A DNA stretch of 64,000 bases, from the NCBI GenBank assembly GCA_003427395.1, contig BFEA01000005.1, forward strand, positions 4,123,953-4,187,952, written 5' to 3'. Shown here one piece after another: positions 28,501 through 39,400 of this stretch. How positions within the stretch are numbered: position 1 is the first letter of the stretch; each line of letters begins with the position of its first letter. The position numbers and the translations under genes are program-made. The notes under the pieces were generated by a model, which saw only the letters and a list, made by a program, of their open reading frames with translations, was not told the origin of the DNA and searched no databases. This stretch comes from Chara braunii. Its lineage: Eukaryota > Plantae > Charophyceae.

Positions 28501-29656
28501 CTTCGTCAAAACCGAGGTGAACTCGGGGGCCAGCAACTGTGAGTTCGCGGTCAAGGAGGACAAACGGGAGCGGGTGTGGGACCCGAATACAAACATGTGG
28601 TTCAAATTGTCTGAACGCAAGAGGAATAAGATCTATAGGTTTCTCTTCTTGGATATGCGGCCGAAGAAGGACGATGATCCTAAGTACATCCGCCAGAAGG
28701 AACATATGTTGGCGTTGTTGGACAACTACCACAACGCCTCGTGCAGGAATGCAAGGTCCTTCCTTGACAAGCTGGAGTGTTAGTACTTCGTCGAAACAGA
28801 ACTGAAACTGGAGTTGGCCACTTACGCAGCCTTGATTTCCACCGAGGATGAGAAAAACACATGTGTCATTTTCGATGCAAAGTCAAAAGAGGAGGAAAGC
28901 GATAATGAGAGCATCGACCTTTCCTACGCCCCGTTTCCAGTGTCCTCGTCGGGCGGTCTGTCGGGAAGCCAAGCCACACAAGTGTCACCGGTGCCTGCTT
29001 CAACCCCTTCGAAGTCCCGGACACCGCTAATGATGAGACTGAAACTTCTCTCAGCCGCTGCAACGACGTTGCGTCCCTGGAGTGCGGTTCCGCAAAATCA
29101 TCCTTCTTTAAGGGATGCCAACATTCACTTCGAAGGACAGACGCACACCCGTTCGACTGAGGCAGAATGGGGTCATGACATGATTTGGCACTCGGGGTTC
29201 ATACAACCGGCTATCAAAGACGGTAGGTGGGTCATGGCAATTAGCGACGGGGATGGGGGCTGGTTCGCATATAACTGCAAGTCGAAGTCCAGGTTCCTTG
29301 ACCTGGCCAGGGTGGGGGACATCCAAAAGGTCATTCTCGAAAACGAACACATCCCAGAAAATCACCCAGTCATCAATTCGCATGTCGATCGTTTGTTCCA
29401 CGAACTCCTCGACAATCGGTGGTTGAAACTGGATCGTGAATTTCATAATTATGACTCGAGCCCCTCGAAGGGAAAGGTGGACTGGAAGCTGCCGCCTCCA
29501 ACTGGATCGGTTGGCAACACGGGGGTGAGCCCTCCTGGCGGCGGAGGGGAAGGGCACAACGGTAAAGGGATTGGTGAAGAGCACCCTCGCGAGGGACTCA
29601 GTGGACCGTCGGACGCTCGTGAGGGGGCAGAAGGCAGTGGAGCGGTGGAGGGGTAA
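25519..29656 (+). pseudogene. Large decayed ORF: ParB/Srx-like domain + beta-class (N6A/N4C) DNA methyltransferase-like domain
   Basis: Read-through at 26362-26690: YNQWSLNPVHIEGIK...YYVVSGQHNSAAAR...WPASMMY (ParB-type GxH motif). At 27870-28520: CVLDLCE, WTLVTFV, KWVRK, EDRLCILFKG, MERNPTQLAGLLEFLCRKGEGVLFLGK...NGRHVVA/MEG, matching beta-class motif order with degenerate motifs IV and I. Several stops and frameshifts. Confidence 0.65.
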
Positions 29657-32089
29657 GATTTTAGTCGACATCGAACAGGGGGTATAAATCTGCTTGAGGA
29701 CTTCAAGTCCGGTCGGATCCAAACTTCGACTGACCACATGCAGACGAACGACTCGCCTCATCGTGCAGCCAGTGCGTCCCCACACAAAACGCTGAAGTCC
29801 GTCGGGATCCGTACTTCGCCCTCTCGTGAGCCAGTTCGGAAATCGGCAGCACATGGCGACTTAGGGGAGGGTGTACGAGGCGAGGAAACCGTGTTCAAAT
29901 CAGTCGGGATCCACACTTCAATGGGAGGCGGTCTCTCATCTGCCGTTTTTATTGGGCGGGCCGAAACATCTTTGAACATCAACGACGTGCGGGCCCCCCG
30001 ACTGACATTGTTGTTGTGCGCGACCAAAATGCGTCGCCTGAGGAGGAGCAGCGACCACTAGAGTCTAAGTGAGAGTGTGCAAGTGGAGCGACCGTCGACC
30101 TGAAGACGTCGAAGTCCGCCGAGATCCGAACTTCATTAAGCATGAGGCATCGGGCAGGGAGTGTCGTGCTGGCGGGAGGGGCTGCATTGCATGGGAGGGA
30201 CGGAGGGGAAGTAGGGGAGGATGTGGAGGAAAGGGAGGAAGGGAAAGAAAGGGAAGAAGAAGAGGAGGGGGGGGAAAGGAGTTGATTCAATAGCTCAAAG
30301 GAGAAGACGGTGACAAAGGGAGAGTGGATAATAAAGACGACAAAGTGGAGGACAATGACGACGATGCCGGCGTTGAAGAGACATCTGACGAGTTCGGGCA
30401 ACTATACGCAAGGCATCGAGGTCATGATGTCGACGACGATGCAACAGCAATGGAGCTGGAGACGCAGGTGGCCAGTGACCTTTCCGCAGAACGTAAAGAC
30501 TACGAGGTGCAAACGCTGACGCCTGCAATCGATCTCCAACACGGGTGGGACGAAGTTTCCATTGTTGTCAGCCTGGCAAAACCGAGTCGTCGTATAAGCA
30601 TAAATGAAAGTTATCGATGGCATCCTCTACGACCAGCACGTCTCCGCACATCCGTCTGCAACGCCTGATGTCGACGACCCTCACATCGTTAAACCTTCCG
30701 CAGCCTCTGCCTTCGTTTTCTCGCCACCAAGCCCTCCGAGACTGGCAGCCACCTTCGCCAACGGAGGGGAAGCCAAAGTCGGGGGACGACAACATGTCAC
30801 ATCCCCGAAAAAATCTAGGGTCGGCACTCCGGCTCTCGACGTCCTGACCTTCTCGCGTGAACTTCGCCGACGAAGGAGTGAAGGGACAAACCAGCTGGTA
30901 AGCTATGAAAAACGACACACTGTCTGCGCGATTAGGCTCCCGAGAGCAAGAGTGTGGCTTCCTTCGTAGTCGGGATGTCGGCGGACTTTAATTTGCGTCA
31001 TCCACAGAATGAGTGACCACAGTGTCCGTCGATGTGAGGAGTTGGTGATGTTGGCATACTACATCCACCAGTTATTCCAACTACACGTGATCGGGCTTCT
31101 TGTCTGTGACTCAGCCAGGTTGTCGGTCGCAGGCAGGGGAAACTTCAATTAAAACATAACACTACATCTACGAAAGGATCCATCCTTGTATGAAGTGTGT
31201 TTTTATTGCAACATTCCCTCACAAAAGCTGCCCCGGCAAAGAACCTCGCCAGCTCGATGAAATGGTGGTTCTCTCTTATGGGAAAGAGTGGTGGTTTTAG
31301 TCCGCCGGGATCCGCACTTTCTGTGTCGATGTGTAGTGTGGTTACTCTTTGTGTACCCGATGTGGGTAAAAGTCTGCCGGAATCCGAACTTCGGGGAATG
31401 TTGGTCTTCCGCTTCTGTAGCTTGTTGTGGTTTTCCTTTGTGAATGGCGTAGGTGTCAAGCTCTAATGGGCTAGTTGTTTTGTTTTGCAGCCGCACCCTT
31501 GCAGCTCGATGCTCATGGCCATGCAAAAGCGGAGTTATATAATTGGCGAGGTCCTACGTCTTGTAGATAATGTGTTTCTTCTACACTGTCACTTTTATCG
31601 GACTCGTGTTGGAAAATGTGTATTAATTTTCTGTTTTGTCTTTCTTTTGTTTACAGGGGTAGGGTCATCTCGAACACGGAGATCCTCGAAATATCCGGCA
31701 CACGTGTTGCAGAAAGTACCCGGGTTGGGATATTTAAACGCATCAGGAGTTGATGTTGAGATCGAGAAGAAAGAGCACGCCATAGCTATTGAGGAGTTTC
31801 TATCCCTTCTGCCCCCATAGAAAGGGACATATCCATGATCTGTGAGTAGGGGTCAGACCATGTTATGAAAAATACTTAGCAACGTGTCGTGCAATGAAAG
31901 ACAATCCTTAGAACTTCGTTTCTCACTACCACGCATGTCCTTTGCTCGATGTTATGCAGTGCACGCCACAACACGTGGAACACGTGGGGGAAGATTCGTT
32001 GCAGCGACTGCGCCTCGAAGCTTGTGGGTTTTTAACGACATTAAACGAGGCTAAGTGCCACCTTACACTGTTCTCTCTATTCTCGTCGA

Positions 32090-32719
32090 TTGTCAATTGC
32101 GTATTGCAGCAAAAGATTTCCTCACCCTGTTGCATATCGACGACAGGGTGAACGATGAGGTGGTTAATTTTTACATGGCATTATTGGGGTTGACCGCATG
32201 TGTGATACGTGACATCCTGTCAGGTCTTCAAGTTTTCAGCTGTATTTCATTCTTCTTCAGTAAACTGCAACTTCAAGGACACGGTGGGGTGGAAAGGTGG
32301 GTTAAAAATGTAGATCTGCTTCAATACAATGTTATCTTCGTTCTTGTCCACAAAGATAATGATCACTGGATCCTCCTTGTCGTTAACTTGAGAGATAATG
32401 TCCTCGAAATTTTCGATTTTTTCCTCACGTTATAGCTGATTCGAGCTTTTACCTTAGTGTTTTCGAGTTGATTGCACAGTCTTTGGAACGTCGAACATTA
32501 CATAGGCGGTTTGGTGGTAGTTGAAAGTCGATAGCAGCAAATGTTGTGGTGGACGGAGTTTCAAGACAAGTCAATGAAACTAGTTGCGGGTTATTCATGT
32601 TGATGTTTGCGACGATGTTTCAACGTGGTGTTCGACCACCCTTTAGATTCTCTTGTGAAGATATCCTACTTATTAGACGACAATTGACATCATGTATCTT
32701 AGAACGCCATTGTCTTTGA
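32090..32719 (+). pseudogene. Ulp1/SENP-family (C48) SUMO protease domain, frameshifted
   Basis: VNDEVVNFYM, SFFFSKL, VERWVKNVDLL, DHWILLVV (His), IFD (Asp), then in another frame RQVNETSCGLFML (Gln/Cys) and FSCEDILLIRRQL. Confidence 0.92.
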
Positions 32720-33429
32720 TGAATTTGGTTGACTTAGAGTCTTTCTTTTGAAAGTGTTTCATTCATTAATTATTATATTTTGTAAATCCTGACATTGTTC
32801 AACTGTCATTTTAACAACGACATTGTTTGTTTTAATTGTTGCGAGTTTATCTTTGGCATGCTCACTGCTAGGCTGGCGTCACGTGTAGGATTTCAACTCT
32901 CTGTCAACTTCCAGTCGTCTCTCATGCGACAGAACAAGTGCGCATTGCATTTCATATTTAAAATTTTGTTCAAGTCAACCAAAAATGTATATATGATTGA
33001 TATGATATGGTTCAGTAATTGTAATGCAAATATGACAAATTGGTGTGTGGATACATGACAAATCTCGGCGAGTGTGTGAGTGTGTGAGTGTGCGAATTAT
33101 TTTGCAAATACTACTAACATCACGTCGCTTGCGTGTGCATAGAATCACGTGCCTTGTGACCGCCCACATCACATGTAACCAACAACTTTGCGTTCGTACC
33201 AAAACCTTATGTGCATGGCCAATTAAAGTTCATGTTCAATGAAAAATAAGCAAAATTTGAAGTTCTTGTGTAATATGACATGTGTTGTCGTAGAAAACGA
33301 ACTTGTGTGTCAAAATTGACTGTTTCTTACAACATTATAATATATTTAATAAGTTCACAATGACACATTGTTCAAAGCAAATCAAACATGTACAACAATG
33401 ATATAATCATAACATTTTGTTCATCACAA

Positions 33430-33900
33430 TTGTAAACAAGTATGGATCTCATCACACTTCCGCATATCGGGCGAGATGGTGGGCATGCTTATCTAAAGAA
33501 GTTCGGATCTCATGAACATCCAAACAACCGTCTCAACCGAGCTGGTGGGCATGTTTGCACAACTTAGGGATAACATAACGAAATGTATTATCCAACAAGG
33601 ATTCAAGCATGACACCTCACTCATCACATTTATTAACTTTAAGTTAACAAGTACGGATCTCAACAGACTTCCGCATAGGGTTCCCGGATGAGAATGCCTA
33701 TTATTACACTAAGTCTTCTGAGGAAGTCCAGATCTCATCAAACATCCAAACAATAGTCTCAGGCGAGAGGATGAACATGTCTGTGCAACTTAGGGATAAC
33801 CTAAAGAACTGTATCATCCAATAAGGATTCAATCATGACACCTTGCTCATCTCATTTATAAAGCTTAACAAGTATGGATCTCAGCACGCTTACGCATTTG
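33430..33900. repeat. ~215-bp tandem unit (~2.3 copies) between the convergent genes
   Basis: AACAAGTA(T/C)GGATCTCA at ~33435, 33646, 33867; AACATCCAAACAA..CAACTTAGGGATAAC twice. Confidence 0.85.
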
Positions 33901-34016
33901 GGGCGAGTGAATGGGCGTGCCTATGTTGCTTACGATGAAGCCAAAAATGAATTCGTTAGAAAGAGGACACAATATAATGTCCTATTTTAACTAATAATAT
34001 GTTATGGAAGACCTAG

Positions 34017-35997
34017 CTAAGCATTCTCAATACAACAATTGTCACGACGGGTGACATTGAGCATGCTCACCATACACCCCCGACAAATTGCATGTCGATT
34101 GCAAACCAAAATGAAAGAAAAATGGTCACCACAAAAGAGCATGCATTCAGTATAGCACTCATGGCCGCAAAATTGACATATAGTGTCTGGATGCGGAGGA
34201 TGTCTACAGTCAGGAACAGAAGGACCATCCTCTGCACACATAGATGCAGAAACCATGTCATTGTAGTGATTGTGACAGAGATGATGGCGGCTACAATCAA
34301 GTGCAACAATGTTTGTGGTTGTGTAAAGGAAAATGTCGCAGAGGGTTGGTACATTATCTTGCTGCAGCATGGGGGCAGAGAAATGATCTTCGACACAAAA
34401 GAGATTGCGGACGATTTGTTGTGGCAAGAAACCAGTATAAGAAATCAGTGACATCCATCATGACATGGACCATAGTGTCGTTGTCCCATAGCTCCAAGTG
34501 GTTAGAGGCATGTACAATGGTCATGTAATAGCCAGGGTCGTGCACAATGCAGGCACAGATGTGAGATGGAAGATTAAACCACTCACCTGCTCGAGCATTG
34601 CGTAGTTCAAGTTGACGGTCCTTCATTGCCACTTGTAGGATAGCGCTGGTAAAACCTCCGCTGGTATAATTACAATCCTTTGGCTGTAGTTCGGAAAGAT
34701 TAGCATCAATTTGAAAGGCGATTGCAAGGAAGTTTGATGGTGTATAAAACGGTCGGTCGAGAATGTGAAGACAGATATTAGATACCGTTAGACCACGAAG
34801 ATAAGTGAGATTCTCAGACTGGTTTGTTGGATGCTGACCAACAATTTGCAGATCACCCAGATGGTTTTGCAAACCCAAACTGTGTTGGGTTGTTTGCTGG
34901 TCAGTCATTTGCAGATCACCCATGTGGTCTGCGCAAGGCGGTTCATCTGAATAACGCTGGTCAGCCATTTGCAGATCCCCCATGTGGTCTACGCCTTGTG
35001 GGGTCAACTGCAATCCGGACAGATCATGTTCTAGTCCCTCAATGCTTAGGGTTGCATCCTGAGTAGGGGTTGTACCTGGAGACGGGAGTGTACTCTGGGC
35101 AGTGGCTGCATCCTGAGTAAGGATTGTACATGGAGTCGGGAGTGTACTCTGGGCAGGGACCACATCGTGTTGTACAAGTGAGTCGTGAATATCTAATGCC
35201 GCACGGTACCGTGGCTGCCTACAGGCAGCTGAACTGTTTACAGGAGGCATAGGAGCGGATATTGCCGTTTGAAACAAAGGAACCGCAACAACCTGTGGAG
35301 GAGGCACAGAGAGAATCGAGGCAGACAAAGAAATGGGTTGTTAATCCCCGGACAACTGACGATGCTGCGAATGTCGTCGGTGATACATAACAAGAGGAGT
35401 AGTGGTGTTGCAAACAAAAGATGAACTTGTACATAGCAACGAAGGTAGAACAATGAGAACAATGGAAACTGGAGAGTCTGTTCGCAAGCGAGACCGTGAA
35501 GGAGATGGGGGTGGTGAGGAGGAACGCAGTCGTCTACGACCAAGCACAAACAAAGATGAGAGGGGGGCGGATTGGGCAAGATTTCGGAGCAAAGGACACG
35601 AGCGTCGTAGAGATTGTGATGTTCTTTGCATTGGAGCTGTAGCAGCAAAAACTAAAGTAGGGGGAATTAGAGTTAGGGAAACTGGGGAAACTGTGTACCG
35701 AAAACTGCAGCAGTGGAAACCGTAGCAGTAGAAACCGCAGCAGCGAAAACTAGAGCAATGAAAACTGCAGCAGTGGACACTGCAGTAATGAAAACCGCAA
35801 CAGTGGACACTGCAACAGTGAAAACTGCAGGAGTGGAGACTGCAACAGTGGAAACTGCAGGAGTGGGAACTGTGGTAGCAGCAGATGAGCAAGCAAGGGC
35901 AGGACGAGAGCATCGTGTGGGCAAAGAAGAAATGGGATGATAGAAGGATCATTGGAGCATGCGTCGGAACTACTGAGAGAGACGTTGTCGGTGTCAA
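34017..35997 (-). pseudogene. Low-complexity N-terminus + Josephin (ataxin-3-like) peptidase domain + C-terminal Cys/His (RING-like) finger
   Basis: 34430-34830: YLRGLTVSN..FYTPSNFLAIAFQID..NYTSGGFTSAILQVAMKDRQLEL..IVHDPGYYMTI..WDN resembles the Josephin pattern LCxxHxLNN..FSPxELxxIAxQLD..NxxxSGxFSxxVIxxALxxxxLEL..HWxT. 34017-34200: CQFC..C..C..CNRHAICRGC..CC. Confidence 0.6.
35695..35885. repeat. 15-bp tandem repeat GAAACTGCAGCAGTG (~12 copies)
   Basis: Direct inspection; in-frame 5-aa period on both strands. Confidence 0.9.
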
Positions 35998-36422
35998 TAC
36001 CCTTACAAGGGTATCCGCCCTGGTTTTCGCAAATGACAGGAGATAAGTTTGGTTTAAAGTTTAGGTATACCGCGCGAGGCGCGACTGTGTCTGTAGTTTA
36101 CGTTAACTTGATGGTTGACTAGAGTAGAGAGTGTGTGGGCGAGCAGACTTAAGGTGTGCGTGATCTCTTTTCCTTTTGATGGTTGAGAAAACCGGTGTTG
36201 GTCGCCGGCTAGGTTTTTATTTTTGATTAAACTAGGATTGAAAATATTTTTGTCTCTCGATTGGTGCACTTGCTTGTGACTTGTGCGTACGTGCGAAAGA
36301 TAACATCAACAACATCGTGGGTTTGAAAATATTTTGACAAATCTGCGTGTCACACAATATTTTTTTATTTAGGTGTGAGTCAGTATTGAACTCAGCCTAG
36401 GGCCTAGCAATATTGGTTACAG

Positions 36423-39400
36423 TGTCGGGCTTTTATCAAAGAGATCCAGGCATAGCGATCGAGTGGCGGCGACGTGGGGATGTCAGAGTAGAGCGAAGGT
36501 ATCCAGAAGTTGAGGGTCCGACGGGGCTATCCCCCTTGGTTTTTCGATCGGCGACGTCAAAACGGTGTTAGCGTTTTCTTTTTCCTCGTTCGATATGTTC
36601 TGACGATTAAAAGTTTCTAAATATGTTTATTATTTACTGTCATAGTATTATTTATTTATCTTTGCTCTGGCGTCCCTTTAACCTGGACGCAACGCCGGAT
36701 TTAGTGCCCGTAACGGGAGTCGAGGACCTTAAGCACGCGTCTTGTTTGACCAGTCGTGGTTCAGATGAAATTTGTCTACCCCGCATCTTTTTAAATACGA
36801 AACCGAGGAGTTCAACGAGCATGTGGGCCGATGGGCGTGTTGACCTACGACGCAGGGTAGAACCTTAGCGGCAGGGACCTCAGCGGGGGTCCCGTCTGCC
36901 GACCGCTGATTGTCGCAAAGAAGTTTGAAGGGGTATGTCTGTCGGTGCCAGCGGGGGTATGTAGAGGCCAAGGGCATAGTGGGGAGGTGTGCAGCCATGC
37001 CGAGTGCCCAGCTGGCCTGTGGAACTCCCTTTACCTCGGTTTTCAAAGTTCTCATTTGAATATTTGCTGCTACCACCAACATCTACACCGAGACCCGACC
37101 ATCCTTGGCCCACGCCGCTGGCTTAGCGGCAAGCCCGTGCCCTCCTGCTTACTAAGGGGGCGGAGGCAAGAAGACCGAGCATAAGGGGGGGGAGGGTGCT
37201 GCAGCATCTTCCTATCTGTTTCAGCCACGTATGTGCTCGTGCCGCTTGGGCTGGCACACAAGTGGGTACCAACAGAGTATAGGGGCTACAGACTACTCGA
37301 ACGAGCTTTGTTATCTAATTCATTCGGGAATTCTCCTTGGGCAAGAGAGCAATCAGGCAGGCCATTATGCCTGGTGTTGTCGGACCAAAGGGAGTAAGGA
37401 CGAGCGGAGTAGACCAGAGACTGGACACAGTGAAGGTTAGGGAACGTAGTGACACAGCGAAAGCGCAGGGAGCGAAAGGTACCAGGCCAGAGGACGTTGT
37501 GAGGGAGGGTGTTGTCGCGCGCGACAGTCCCTCGCCCTGATGGGGAGCGCTGAACCTCACGATCGTGTCACGCAGGATGCTTTTGTTTGAAAAGAATCAG
37601 TCACCACTCCGACCGTGCGCGCGCGCTATACTTCTCACGACTCCCTGCGACAGATCAGGATGTCGCGAGGTACACCTCTACCCCAGGGGCTATCACCACC
37701 CTTAGGTAGGCGTATCCCTGCTGAGCTACCGGCCTATATGCCAAGGCTTTTACATGCCTTTGTAGAGGTAGGTCGACCGATGGCGTTTTCTCGATCGCTG
37801 TAGCACAAAACGGGGTACGTGCGGTAAGACGCCTAGAACTGACCCGTCAGATATTCAGGTCGAACTCTTAGAAGACCGTCTATTTCCGCTTCTACTTCCA
37901 AAATATATTATTCTTCTAACCACTGCAATCAAAGCTCCAATCAAACCTTCCTACTACCAAGGACATTCTATTATACTCAACATATGACTGATCATCAGAT
38001 GGTATAGAAGTTATATAGGACTGAATATAAGTATGGAGGTATTACCGTTGGGAACCCTTCCCACTTTCACAAGTGCAATGTGTCCAAGACTCTTCAACAG
38101 ATCAGGTTCAGTTCAATCCAAACCCACGACGAAAACAGACCCGCACAGAATAATGCAAAGACAATCCATACGCCATGCACTAACGACGTCAACCATCAAT
38201 CCACACCTCATACATTGTCCCTCACTTCCCAAACCATGTATGACAGCTCTATCTTTTCTGAGACGTAAGCCCAACCCCCTCACATTTCTTCAAAGGACCC
38301 TTGAGAGTGACTAGGACGATTTAGGCAATGACTACAGGCAACAGCTTTAATGACCACAGGGTTTGACTTTAGATGTGGGTATGAAGTCAAGGGGGAAAAG
38401 TTGAATCGGCAACGACCGACCTGTTATCGAGAGATAACAGAAATTTGAGTCCTCTTTGTAGGACTTCTCATTCAATTGCAACAGATCAAAACAGGGACCT
38501 GCACACACACAGGTCAACAAAGATTCAACAACCCCACTCGATTTCCCACATATTGATATGTAATGGTCAAGCCCTTAGATTTGGTCCATGAGCTTTGGGA
38601 TCAACATCCCAAAGTCTAACCTCTTTAGCTTCTACCTACCCTAAGTTATTTGTCACTACTCCTCTTTTTTTTTGTTCAAGGAATCTTTTGCCTATGTTTT
38701 AAGTTGTCGTAGGGAACTCATATTTCCCCTTACTCTCAGTTCTTGAAGTTTTTCTCTTGCGGATAAGCACACTCTTTGGTGCTTACGAGGTAGTCTAGCT
38801 GAGATTAACTCATACCAGTGGCGGTTTCTCCCTTAAAAGTTTATTAATGAACTAAGTCTACGCGGGGATTCTTCTTTTCTAATTCTTTGTCTCCGCGGTA
38901 TTACCTCTTACTCTGATTCTTTTTAGGACCTTTGGAGTCGCTCCCGCTGGAGCATTCCTTTTTCCTTTCTCTTCTTCTTGTCCTGACACACGCAAGTAGT
39001 AGGTTGATTCACCCGGAAATCTTCCACTGCTTGATCAATTCCAGAAAAATCGGTTAGTCAGAGGAGTGGTCGAGTAGCCCCACGGGAGCACTCAACCACT
39101 CTTCGAAGTCCATACAGTCATTATGCAATCAACTATTTCAAACAATCTTATACAGGCGACTGGAGCATCCTTTTATTAGTTAAGCAGGTAGTTAGGAGGT
39201 CCTGGTCGAACCATCTCAACACTTGACCCAACATTCAGAAAAACACTCCAGATCCAGGTGTTAGTACGAAATTCAAGTTAGTAATAGGTGGTCTTCACGG
39301 GAACCTCATATTACTCCTTGATTAAACCCCAGCCTATCCTCAAAAGGTGTAATAGGATGACCCCACGGAAGTCACCCTACTACTTCCTCAGAGTCATACG

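Noticed and set aside
36390-36412. Helitron 3' end (CTAG) for the cassette
   Set aside because: No convincing subterminal hairpin, no A/T target context and no Rep/helicase motifs.
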